A DNA stretch of 64,000 nt from Desulfuromonadaceae bacterium (lineage in GTDB: Bacteria; Desulfobacterota; Desulfuromonadia; Desulfuromonadales; Desulfuromonadaceae), in assembly GCA_034007015.1 (NCBI GenBank), contig JAVERS010000004.1, forward strand, positions 15,336-79,335. Direction: 5' to 3'. Below, in pieces: positions 36,945 to 46,425 of the stretch (its first letter is position 1; every line of letters begins with the position of its first letter). Both the position numbers and the translations under genes were made by a program. The notes below the pieces were generated by a model. It did no database searches. It worked only from the letters and a program-made list of their open reading frames with translations, and was not told the origin of the DNA.

Positions 36945-39089
36945 TTACTTTGTCCCGATGCCGCTACAAGAGAGACAGCTAGGGATCTCGTGGGCGTAAA
37001 CAGGGCGACTTAGCAGATATCCCTGAGCTTCTTCACAACCGACGCGGCGGAGAAAATCGAGCTGCGCATAGGTTTCCACCCCCTCGGCAATCACGCCAAG
37101 TTTGAGATTTTTAGCTAAATCCACTATGGAGTGAGCTATCTGGGCAGAGCCGTCCTCTTCCTCAATTGTGTCCACAAAGGAGCGATCAATTTTAAGTTTG
37201 CTGATATCAAAGTTGCGTAGATAGCTCAGGGATGAATAACCGGTACCAAAATCGTCCACTGCAAGCTTTATTCCCATATTTCGTAAAGCGCACATGGTTT
37301 CGATGGCATTTGGAACGTCATTCATGATGGTGCCTTCAGTTATCTCAAGTTCAAGCAGACTCGGATCCATGCCGGTGCGAGTCAGCACCTCCTGAACCTG
37401 GACTAGCATATCTGTGTGGCGAAATTGGCGCGGAGACACATTGACCGCGACCGTAAACGTACCAATCCCGCTGGACTGCCACGCCATGTTCTGTCTACAC
37501 GCCTCTTCTAGAACCCAAGCGCCAATTTCAAGAATAATATCGCTCTGCTCCGCTATGGGGATAAACTCTCCCGGGGGGAGAAAACCCCGTTCCGGGTGAT
37601 ACCAGCGTAGCAGAGCTTCTACTCCTACTATCTCTCCAGAATGTATGTTGTACTGGGGCTGATACTGTAGCGCAAATTGACGTTGCGCCAATGCTACCTG
37701 CAGATCAGACTCAAGCACCAAGTACTCATGAATGTTGCGATCCAACTCTGCGGTGAAGAAATGCACACTATTGCCGCCGCTGCGTTTGCTTTTATGCATG
37801 GCAACATCGGCACAGCGCATGAGTCCACGCGCATCGGTCGCATCTGCTGGATACAGACTGATCCCGGCGCTGCCACTCAGATACAATTCATACCCATCTA
37901 CGGTGAAACATTTACGCAACACCCACAGTATGTTTTGCGCTATCACCTGCGCGTGCTCAGCATCAAGCAAATTACTCAACAAAATAAAGAAGGCATCACC
38001 GCTAAGGCGCGCAACAGTATCGCGCACTCCAACACAACTTCTCAGGCGTTCTGCAACCTCGGACAGAATCAAGTCTCCAACATCGTGTCCGAGGGAATCG
38101 TTCACCTTTTTAAAATTATCCAGATCAAGGCAGATAACCGCGAGCTCATGTGTGGAATCGGCTGCAGCGGCTCTGGCAGCGTCGAGGCGTTGAGAGAAAA
38201 GCACGCGACTGGGGAGATTGGTCAGGCTGTCATAGTGAATGAGCTGGTGCACCCGTTCTTCCTGCTCATTGAGGCGATTCTTCATCAGGGTTTTTTTGGT
38301 TATATCGCGGGCGCGCTCGATAACTCCTTCAACCTTCCCCTCCTTAGTTAACAAAGGGGTGTACACAAATTCATACACTTCACAACGATGGTTGACGGTG
38401 GCTATTTCACGCGTAAAACATATGCTCTTCCCAGTATTCAACACGGTATCCAGGTAATCGGGGAGTTGCGCAGAGAAACCGCTACGCTCGAGAAACGGCA
38501 ACAACACTCCAGCACTGGTGACCTCGCAATGTGAACGTAGCAGGCGCTGTGCCGCGTCGTTTAGAAGCAATACACGTTTTTTGCCATCGGTAACGAGCAG
38601 GGGTTCCTCGATGCTATCAACCAGAGTGCGCAGTTGAGATAAATCGAGACCGTGATCAGCCTTTTCTGTAAGCGGGCAATGCAAAAAACAAAAGGCACTT
38701 AAGCTTCCATCGCCAGCGTAAAGGGGGCGCACCGTCCAATGATTATCCTGCGGCGCAATCCGGCTGAAAATGGCGATACAGTCCCATTCTAGAGCACCTC
38801 CAGCGTCAGGTGCATTTGTCGTTGCGATTGGACTGAATTTTTTCACACATGCCGCAAGTTCCATACCCAGGAGTGCATCTGCACTGTGATAGCCATACTG
38901 CTGCAGGAGGATCTGAATGTTTCTGTCCATCTGCAGAATGGCTCCGCACACATTCACCACCATTATTCCCGGCGGGGTTTCAAGTTGTGGTGTACGGGCA
39001 TCAAACGTATGCGAACGCCTGGAAAGTCCATGCACCATGGAAGAACGTTCGCCCATACTAATCGCTATCATCCACGTCGAGTTGCACAA
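36945..39089 (-). CDS. PAS / degenerate-GGDEF / EAL c-di-GMP phosphodiesterase
   Basis: EAL motifs are intact (EALLRW, DDFGTGYSSL, KIDRSFV, EGVET). The GGDEF site is degenerate (SGDAF). PAS-like N-terminal region. The start codon is uncertain. Confidence 0.88.
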   Translation of the reverse strand: MCNSTWMIAISMGERSSMVHGLSRRSHTFDARTPQLETPPGIMVVNVCGAILQMDRNIQILLQQYGYHSADALLGMELAACVKKFSPIATTNAPDAGGALEWDCIAIFSRIAPQDNHWTVRPLYAGDGSLSAFCFLHCPLTEKADHGLDLSQLRTLVDSIEEPLLVTDGKKRVLLLNDAAQRLLRSHCEVTSAGVLLPFLERSGFSAQLPDYLDTVLNTGKSICFTREIATVNHRCEVYEFVYTPLLTKEGKVEGVIERARDITKKTLMKNRLNEQEERVHQLIHYDSLTNLPSRVLFSQRLDAARAAAADSTHELAVICLDLDNFKKVNDSLGHDVGDLILSEVAERLRSCVGVRDTVARLSGDAFFILLSNLLDAEHAQVIAQNILWVLRKCFTVDGYELYLSGSAGISLYPADATDARGLMRCADVAMHKSKRSGGNSVHFFTAELDRNIHEYLVLESDLQVALAQRQFALQYQPQYNIHSGEIVGVEALLRWYHPERGFLPPGEFIPIAEQSDIILEIGAWVLEEACRQNMAWQSSGIGTFTVAVNVSPRQFRHTDMLVQVQEVLTRTGMDPSLLELEITEGTIMNDVPNAIETMCALRNMGIKLAVDDFGTGYSSLSYLRNFDISKLKIDRSFVDTIEEEDGSAQIAHSIVDLAKNLKLGVIAEGVETYAQLDFLRRVGCEEAQGYLLSRPVYAHEIPSCLSCSGIGTK

Positions 39090-39295
39090 GCTCTAATGTT
39101 CCACTGGTTACTATATAAACACAAACCAATGTCGGCTCCAATGCTGTGCTGAGTCAAAAAACAAACAAATGTTCTGCTAGCAATTCATTATAGAGATTTA
39201 GTCTCGTTGTTACAACATATCTGTTGACATATTTTTGCCCCACTGGTAAACCCTCGTCAACTTAAAATGACAACCAGTTGACTATGGGAGGGAAG

Positions 39296-41167
39296 ATGCT
39301 AAAAACAGGCAATAATTGTCGCGCAAATACGTGGGTTGCCACGTCAATTTCATGCGTATGTATATGGTTTTATTCAACATTGGGATTTTGTTCTCCCTTG
39401 GATGCGGATACTACAACCTTTGAAACCGAGGCAGATCTAGGCACATACATGGTCACCGCAACTCGCACTGTAGCTCCTATCGAGTCAATCGGACGCTCCA
39501 CCGAAGTTATAACCCGGGCGCAAATTGAAAATTCACCTGCTACCGATCTGTATGAAGTGCTGGAGTATGTCAGTGGGGTGGATATACAGCGGCGTAATGG
39601 TGGGACCCAAGCCGATGTAAGTATTCGGGGTGGGAGTTTCGAGCAGACCCTGATCTTGCTCAATGGTATCAGCATGAGCAACCCTCAGACCGGACACCAC
39701 AATATGGATCTCCCCCTGCAACTTCACGACATTGAACGGATCGAAATTGTCAAGGGACCAGGCGCGCACATCTATGGTGCCAACGCCATGGCCGGTGTGA
39801 TTAACATCATAACCCGCGCTCCTGAGTTACCCGGCATCCAATTGCACCTAGAGGGGGGCGATTATGCCTACTATCATGCTGGGGGTAGTGGAACCTTTGC
39901 CACCTACGCCTGGAAGCACCGCCTCAGCGCAGCACAGCGCTATTCCTCTGGGTTTGACTCCGACGAACCAACCGGATTCAACATCAAAAGTGTAAACACC
40001 CACAGCAAGAGGGATATTGGTGCTGCAACGCTTGAAATAGGGAGCGGATATATTGACAAAGACTTTGGCGCAAGTAGATTTTATTTCGATGCACCGGAGC
40101 AGAAAGAACGTACCCAAACCTTTACGGGTTACACCCTCATGGACACCTATGCAGGAAATTGGCATTTACGCCCCCATATCAGCTATCAGCGCCATGAGGA
40201 TACCTACTCCTATGCCGCCGCCAATCTCTGGTATGAAAATGAATCCACCACTGACAAACTAATTGCCCAATTCAGCGCCGATACCCACACCACTTGCGGC
40301 ATTAGCACCATGGGAATAAACGCGGAATGGGAAGAGATAAAAAGCAACAGCCTTGGCGACCATGCGCGCAGACAGCACAGCCTGTTTTTCAATCAACGTA
40401 TCCCGTTAGGGGAGCGCTTAGTCGTGGGAGCAGGACTTTCTGCCGTATACTATTCCGCCTGGGGCTGGGAGTACTGGCCTGGGATGGATGTTAGTGTGGC
40501 GCTAAATGACAGCTGGACCTGGTTTGCCTCGTTTGGCGAATCGTTTCGTATCCCCACCTATACGGAGATGTACTACAACACTCCGATGGATATAGGAAAT
40601 CCTGCGTTAAAGCCTGAGGAAGCGCAGACCTGGGAGAGTGGTGTGCGAGGGGGGTGGAGCAATATCACCACTAGCATCGCCCTCTTCTGGCGCGAGAGTG
40701 ACAACCTGATTGAGTGGGTGCGCGCGGAATCGCAACAGCCCTGGCATGTAGCTAACATCGCCAACGCCACTACTACAGGGGTGGAAACCGAGGTGGAAAT
40801 TCTACATCCGTGCGGAGATGCAAGTATGCTGAAACGGATAAAAGCAACCTACACCTATCTGGACACCGATATGCGCAGCAAAGACCTAAAAACAAAATAC
40901 ACTCTGAACCACCTGCGTCATCAACTACATCTACGCACCGACCTCAACTGGACTTCAACTTTGCAGCAACAGATAGTTTATCGCTATGAAAAACGTCTGA
41001 ACAACGACTCAAGCGCTGTGGTGGATACCCGCCTGAACTGGGAGTTAAGCCCTACCCTGACCCTAGGTGTTGCAATTACAAATGTGTTTGACAAAGAATA
41101 TATTGACGGGGGGTTCACCCCAGCACCGGGACGCTGGGTCAAGGGGGGGGTTACGTGGCGAATTTAA
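39296..41167 (+). CDS. TonB-dependent outer-membrane receptor
   Basis: Plug domain (VTATR..E..I..IEIVKGPGAHIYGANAMAGVINIIT) and a beta-barrel with the C-terminal TonB_dep_Rec pattern. ATG 39296 follows GGGAGGGA. Confidence 0.9.
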   Translation: MLKTGNNCRANTWVATSISCVCIWFYSTLGFCSPLDADTTTFETEADLGTYMVTATRTVAPIESIGRSTEVITRAQIENSPATDLYEVLEYVSGVDIQRRNGGTQADVSIRGGSFEQTLILLNGISMSNPQTGHHNMDLPLQLHDIERIEIVKGPGAHIYGANAMAGVINIITRAPELPGIQLHLEGGDYAYYHAGGSGTFATYAWKHRLSAAQRYSSGFDSDEPTGFNIKSVNTHSKRDIGAATLEIGSGYIDKDFGASRFYFDAPEQKERTQTFTGYTLMDTYAGNWHLRPHISYQRHEDTYSYAAANLWYENESTTDKLIAQFSADTHTTCGISTMGINAEWEEIKSNSLGDHARRQHSLFFNQRIPLGERLVVGAGLSAVYYSAWGWEYWPGMDVSVALNDSWTWFASFGESFRIPTYTEMYYNTPMDIGNPALKPEEAQTWESGVRGGWSNITTSIALFWRESDNLIEWVRAESQQPWHVANIANATTTGVETEVEILHPCGDASMLKRIKATYTYLDTDMRSKDLKTKYTLNHLRHQLHLRTDLNWTSTLQQQIVYRYEKRLNNDSSAVVDTRLNWELSPTLTLGVAITNVFDKEYIDGGFTPAPGRWVKGGVTWRI

Positions 41168-41189
41168 GCTGCACTGGGGGATAAAACAC

Positions 41190-41237
41190 AAGGGGCGTAC
41201 TTCGTTTTTATATCGAAATACGCCCCTTGATGTTTTT
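41190..41237. terminator. Bidirectional rho-independent terminator
   Basis: 10-bp stem aaggggcgta / tacgcccctt (41190-41199 / 41219-41228). Flanked by an A-run and gatgttttt, between convergent genes. Confidence 0.75.
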
Positions 41238-41282
41238 CTTGTATGCACGCTAAGCCCACTTAGCGCCTACTGCAATCTCAAT

Positions 41283-42152
41283 CTATTTTTTCTGCAATAC
41301 TTTAAAAACCGCGGAAAAATCCTCTTCACCAAGTCCCTGATCCATCGCCTCTTTATACACGTCGATCACTGCCTCCATACCCGGCAAACGGGTACGGGTT
41401 ATGCCCGCAGCATCTTGGGCTTCCCGCAGCCCTTCATATACATATTTCAACGCTAGGTTGCGGCGGTAGTTTCCACGTGCAATGGAGCGTCCTTTTTTAT
41501 GCAGCAAGGGTGAAGCTACTCCGCCAGCATCAAATACTTCCATGATCTGATCGTTGCTGAAGCCGAGGCGTTCCCCTAAAACCAAGCTTTCTGCGAGAGC
41601 CTCCATCAGATGCGACTGCATCAGGGTTACCACGAACATCATCCGGGTTGCGTCGCCAATCTCTCCCACATGGAGGATATTGAGGCCGACGTGGGAGAGC
41701 ACTTCACGACACTGACTTACCACTGCGTTGTCGCCCCCAACCAGAATGGTCAACAACCCATGGGCGGCATGTTCACGCGTACCCCACACTGGAGCATCAA
41801 GAAAGCGGATTCCACGTCTTTTAGCTACCTTCGCCACATCCTGGGTCATCTCTAGGCAATGAGTGCCCATATCGCATAAAATAGTGCCGGGATCGATCCC
41901 GCTCAAAAATCCACCCCTGCTGGAAAGAGCCTGCTTCAGCGCATCCTCATGCGGAAGCACGGTAATAACGATATCCTTACCCTGTGCTGCTTCCAGTGGA
42001 GTTTGAGCACCCCGTGCCCCTTGGGCAACTAGTTCATCAACGGCCTCTTTTTTATTGTCGTGCACGGTCAAGTCATAGTCACCCTTCAGCAGGTTTTTTG
42101 CCATAGACTTTCCCACAGTTCCGAGACCAATAAACCCGATTTTCTTAACCAT
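41283..42152 (-). CDS. NAD(P)-dependent 3-hydroxyisobutyrate / 2-hydroxy-3-oxopropionate reductase family oxidoreductase
   Basis: Rossmann N-terminus KIGFIGLGTVGKSMA and the 6PGDH-like HIBADH family pattern. Start set at MVKK (42152) after AGGAGGA. Confidence 0.85.
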   Translation of the reverse strand: MVKKIGFIGLGTVGKSMAKNLLKGDYDLTVHDNKKEAVDELVAQGARGAQTPLEAAQGKDIVITVLPHEDALKQALSSRGGFLSGIDPGTILCDMGTHCLEMTQDVAKVAKRRGIRFLDAPVWGTREHAAHGLLTILVGGDNAVVSQCREVLSHVGLNILHVGEIGDATRMMFVVTLMQSHLMEALAESLVLGERLGFSNDQIMEVFDAGGVASPLLHKKGRSIARGNYRRNLALKYVYEGLREAQDAAGITRTRLPGMEAVIDVYKEAMDQGLGEEDFSAVFKVLQKK

Positions 42153-42334
42153 AGCATTCCTCCTCATCTATGCCTGTGCCGTGCTGCAGGCGCCCAGCGT
42201 CTTTAACCCTGTTGAATCCAGACCGCGAACCATATATGTAAATTCCTGCAACCCTTAGAATTGGGTGATTTTGCAGAGGATTTTCCCTTTTGTGAAAGTA
42301 GATTATTAAACTACAGCGCCCGTTATGGCAACAG

Positions 42335-45016
42335 TCAATGTGCTTGAGCCCAATTTTTTCCCCATCCGAGGCTTACATCCAGAGGCACTTTCAACTCCAT
42401 GACGTTCTCCATGGCATGGCGCACGAGATGTTCCACCTGCTCCTGTTCTGCCTTGGGCACATCAAACACGAGCTCGTCATGCACCTGCATGAGCATTCGG
42501 GTCTTAAGTTTTTGCTGTTTAAGTTCGGACCATATCCGTACCATTGCAACCTTGATAATATCTGCAGCCGAGCCCTGTACCGCGTAATTAACCGCATTGC
42601 GCTCTGCATAGCTGCGCACCTGGTGGTTGCGACTATTGATATCAGGAATTGCACAGCGGCGCCCCAGCAGAGTCGTCACATGCAGATTTTTACGTGCGCT
42701 TTCTTTCTGGTGCTCAAAAAACTCCAGCACCTGCGGATAGCGCGCGAAATAACTCTCAATATATTTTTTGGCGGCGGCAGTGGATATCCCCAGTTCGCGG
42801 CTTAAGCTATATGCCCCCATTCCGTACAATAGACCGAAATTAATGGTCTTTGCATAGCGGCGCATCTCCTCAGTGACCATCTCGCCAAAGACATTAAAAA
42901 TCTGTTGCGCAGTACGACGGTGGATATCTTCATGGGCATTGAACGCCTGAATCATCTCCGCGTCATCAGCTAAGTGCGCCATGAGACGCAGCTCTATCTG
43001 GGAATAATCCGCGGCCAGGAATACATTGCCCTCATCTGGCACAAAGGCTTCGCGGATTCGCGGGCCGTAGCTCCCACGGATGGGGATATTCTGCAAATTG
43101 GGGTTGCTGGATGAAAGCCGCCCGGTTGCTGTGACGGTCTGGTTAAACGAAGTGTGAATTTTGCCTGTCTCAGGATGGATGAGACGCGGGAGCGCATCGG
43201 TATAGGTCCCCTTAAGCTTCGAAAGAGAGCGATACTCAAGGATCTGCGCCACAATTTCGTGTTCCTGCGCCAGTGGAGTTAATACGTCCACTGCAGTGGA
43301 CCAGCCAGTTTTGGTTTTTTTCCCGCGCGGCAGACCCAGTTTATCAAAAAGCACCTCTCCAAGCTGTTTGGGAGAGTTGAGATTGAACTCCGTATCTGCT
43401 GCGGCATGGATGGATCCTTCCAGCTCCTCCATACGTGTGCCGAAATCAGCACTAAGAGCGTTAAGGCGTTCAGGGTCGAGGCGCACCCCTTCCCACTCCA
43501 TGTCGATCAGCACCCCTAACAGAGGTAACTCCACCTGTTGTAGCAGTTTACCCACCTCGGAGTCAAATTTAGGGGTGAAGTGCTCATACAGACGCAGAGT
43601 GTAATCGGAATCTTCCACCGCATAGCTAGTAGCCTCCGCCAGTGGGACCTCGGCAAACGTTTTCTCTTTTTTACCACTACCTACCATCTCGGAATACGCG
43701 AGCATGCTGTGTTGCAGATGTTCCTGCGCCATAGAGTCCAGCCCGTGGGAGCGCGACGCTGGGAACAACAGATAGGACTGCAGCATGGTATCTGCCATAA
43801 CCCCACGCAGCTCAATCCCGGCGCGGCGCAACACCAGCGCATCATATTTGATATTCTGCCCCACCTTGGCGAGATTTTCATCCTCAAGGAGCGGGCGCAG
43901 TGCATCGAGCACCGTGCTGCGATCCAACTGATCTGCCGCACCCTCGGTGTCATGGTGCCCAACTGGAACATACCAGCCATGCGCCGCTTCAATACTAAAC
44001 GATAGCCCTACCAGATCGGCACGCATCGCCTCACGTGAGGTGGTTTCAGTATCGACGCTGAAGTATTTTGCTCCCTTCAACGCCTCAGTCAGAGATTGAA
44101 GGTCTGCAGCGGTGGTTACACAGAGATACTCGCACTCCTGCTCCTCTTCGATCTCTTTTTCAGCAAATTCTTCATACAGCTGTTTAAATTCCAACTCCTG
44201 AAAAATACGCGCCAGTTCTGCACGATTTGGTTCCGGTATGCCGAATTCCATCTGCGTTAGGTTCAGGTCCAGGTCTTTTTTGAGACACACCAGTTCGCGT
44301 GAAAGCCGTGCCTGCTCCGCAAATTCTTTGAGATTCTCACGCCGTTTTGTTCCTGACACCTCGTCTATATGGGCAAGAAGGTTTTCCAGGGTACCAAACC
44401 GCACAATAAGATCACGCGCGGTCTTCTCTCCAATTCCAGGGACACCTGGAACATTGTCCGAGCTGTCGCCAGCAAGAGCCTGCACCTCAACTACCGTCTC
44501 AGGGCCACCCCCGAAACGCTCTGCTACCGCATCCAGATCGAACACCTTGTCTTTCATGGTGTCGAGCATGGTGACTTTCTCCCCTATCAGCTGCATCAGA
44601 TCTTTATCGCCGCTGACAATGGTTATGGGGATATCTTTGTCGCGATAGTGACTTACCACCGTGGCAATTATATCGTCCGCCTCATAACCATCTACCTCCA
44701 AGGTAGCGAATCTGAAACCCTGTACCACTTGCTTAATAAGGGGGATCTGCTCCACCAGATCATCCGGCATTTTAGCGCGGTTCGCCTTGTATTCCGCATA
44801 AAGTTCGTGGCGAAATGTCGTCCCTTTAGCATCAAACACCACAACAAATTGGTCGGGGTTATAATCACGCACCACCTTCAGCAACATTTTGGTGAAGCCA
44901 AATACCGCATTGCACGCCTGCCCGCGTGAATTAGACAGGTGGCGGATGGCATAGTAGGCACGGTAGATATAGGATGAGGCATCGACAATGTAGAGCTGGG
45001 GGGGACTTTGTGGCAC
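42335..45016 (-). CDS. polA: DNA polymerase I
   Basis: 893 aa. 5'-3' exonuclease, 3'-5' exonuclease and Pol A domains (motif A DYSQIELR, motif B RR.AK..NFG..YG, motif C QVHDELV). Confidence 0.97.
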   Translation of the reverse strand: MPQSPPQLYIVDASSYIYRAYYAIRHLSNSRGQACNAVFGFTKMLLKVVRDYNPDQFVVVFDAKGTTFRHELYAEYKANRAKMPDDLVEQIPLIKQVVQGFRFATLEVDGYEADDIIATVVSHYRDKDIPITIVSGDKDLMQLIGEKVTMLDTMKDKVFDLDAVAERFGGGPETVVEVQALAGDSSDNVPGVPGIGEKTARDLIVRFGTLENLLAHIDEVSGTKRRENLKEFAEQARLSRELVCLKKDLDLNLTQMEFGIPEPNRAELARIFQELEFKQLYEEFAEKEIEEEQECEYLCVTTAADLQSLTEALKGAKYFSVDTETTSREAMRADLVGLSFSIEAAHGWYVPVGHHDTEGAADQLDRSTVLDALRPLLEDENLAKVGQNIKYDALVLRRAGIELRGVMADTMLQSYLLFPASRSHGLDSMAQEHLQHSMLAYSEMVGSGKKEKTFAEVPLAEATSYAVEDSDYTLRLYEHFTPKFDSEVGKLLQQVELPLLGVLIDMEWEGVRLDPERLNALSADFGTRMEELEGSIHAAADTEFNLNSPKQLGEVLFDKLGLPRGKKTKTGWSTAVDVLTPLAQEHEIVAQILEYRSLSKLKGTYTDALPRLIHPETGKIHTSFNQTVTATGRLSSSNPNLQNIPIRGSYGPRIREAFVPDEGNVFLAADYSQIELRLMAHLADDAEMIQAFNAHEDIHRRTAQQIFNVFGEMVTEEMRRYAKTINFGLLYGMGAYSLSRELGISTAAAKKYIESYFARYPQVLEFFEHQKESARKNLHVTTLLGRRCAIPDINSRNHQVRSYAERNAVNYAVQGSAADIIKVAMVRIWSELKQQKLKTRMLMQVHDELVFDVPKAEQEQVEHLVRHAMENVMELKVPLDVSLGWGKNWAQAH

Positions 45017-45051
45017 GGATGAATCCTTTCAAACGCTCGAATAAGAAGGTT

Positions 45052-46425
45052 TTACAACAGGCCGAATTTCTTCATGCGGTAACGAAACGCATCAATTCCA
45101 AGACTCAATTTGCGCGCCGCCCGGGACTGATTGTTACCGCACAACTGCAACGCTTGCTCAATAAGTTGTTTCTCCACCATTTCAATATCTACTCCGTCTG
45201 GGGGTAAAACAAAGTCATATCTACCTGCACCTTCGTAGAGAAGACCCTCCCCTGCAGTGCGTGGGAGGGAGGCTAAGCCTAGATACTCTACGTCTTCGAG
45301 GATCACCTCGCGCTCAATAATGTTACGCAGTTCCCTGATATTGCCAGGCCAATCATACACTTGCAGATAGCGTTCCGCCTGCGGCGTAAAACCTTTCACT
45401 TGCTTGCCGAACTCCTGATTGAAGCGTTCTACAAAAAATCGCGCGAGGGGGAGAATATCTTCGCGCCGTTCGCGCAGCGGGGGGAGGTAAACAGGGATAA
45501 CCTGAATGCGATAGTACAGATCTTTACGGAACGAACCATCCTCGATCTCTTGGAGCAACTCCTTGTTAGTGGCGGCAACGATGCGCACATCCACCCTTAC
45601 ATCTTTACTTCCCCCCACCCGCCGGAAGGAGCGCTCCTCCAGCACACGCAACAATTTGGCCTGCATCCCCATCTGCATATCGCCAATTTCATCAAGAAAT
45701 ACTGTGCCGCCATGCGCCATTTCAAACAACCCCTTTTTTTGGGTTTTGGCATCGGTAAAGGCACCTTTTTCATGTCCCATCAGCTCACTTTCGAGCAGGG
45801 TTTCCGGTACCGCAGCGCAGTTTATTGCCATGAACGGTCCGTCTGCGCGAGTACTTCCCTCGTGCAGAGCGCGGGCAATCAGCTCCTTCCCTGTTCCGCT
45901 TTCTCCTTGGATCAAAACAGTGCCAGCATCGCTGCGTGCCACCTTGTTTACCACCTTCATGACAGCACGCATTTGTTGGCTTTCGGCAACGATCTGCCCC
46001 ATGCCAAAGCTACGTTTATTCTCGCGGCGCAGGCGTTCAACTTCCTGCTTCAGAGCACGGTTTTCCAATGCCTTTTGAATAACAACAAACAGTTCATCCA
46101 TATTAAATGGCTTATGGATGTAGTCAAAGGCGCCCAGCTGCATCGCCTTAACTGCTGTTTCCAACACTCCAAGGGCAGTTATCATCACCACCGCCACCAA
46201 CGGATCACTCTTTTTGATCTCTTCGAGGGTGCGTAAGCCGTCAATCCCGGGCATACTTATATCCAGCAGAACTAGATCGGGAGCATCTTTGCCAATTATC
46301 TCCAAAGCCTGCTCGCCCGACGCGGCAGTCTGAACCAGAAATCCATGCTTCACTAGATTTTTTTCCAGCGACCAGCGAATTAGTTGTTCATCGTCAACTA
46401 CGAGTATTTGTTGATTCTGTTTCAT
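45052..46425 (-). CDS. Sigma-54-dependent response regulator (NtrC family)
   Basis: REC domain (ILVVDDE), AAA+ domain (GESGTGKE; GAFTDA variant of GAFTGA; ESELFGH-like) and a C-terminal HTH. Confidence 0.93.
   Translation of the reverse strand: MKQNQQILVVDDEQLIRWSLEKNLVKHGFLVQTAASGEQALEIIGKDAPDLVLLDISMPGIDGLRTLEEIKKSDPLVAVVMITALGVLETAVKAMQLGAFDYIHKPFNMDELFVVIQKALENRALKQEVERLRRENKRSFGMGQIVAESQQMRAVMKVVNKVARSDAGTVLIQGESGTGKELIARALHEGSTRADGPFMAINCAAVPETLLESELMGHEKGAFTDAKTQKKGLFEMAHGGTVFLDEIGDMQMGMQAKLLRVLEERSFRRVGGSKDVRVDVRIVAATNKELLQEIEDGSFRKDLYYRIQVIPVYLPPLRERREDILPLARFFVERFNQEFGKQVKGFTPQAERYLQVYDWPGNIRELRNIIEREVILEDVEYLGLASLPRTAGEGLLYEGAGRYDFVLPPDGVDIEMVEKQLIEQALQLCGNNQSRAARKLSLGIDAFRYRMKKFGLL

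Noticed and set aside
37677-38351. 224-aa plus-strand ORF, and 37732..38193
   Set aside because: They are antisense to the GGDEF-EAL gene, whose EAL/GGDEF motifs read cleanly on the minus strand.
39090-39295. Cobalamin riboswitch or Fur/Zur box upstream of the TonB-dependent receptor
   Set aside because: No B12-box-like sequence is present. The AT-rich aattcattatagagatt stretch matches the Fur consensus too weakly to call.
45361-46236. 291-aa plus-strand ORF
   Set aside because: It is entirely antisense to the sigma54 response regulator, whose AAA+ motifs (GESGTGKE, GAFTDA) validate the minus strand. No recognisable domain.
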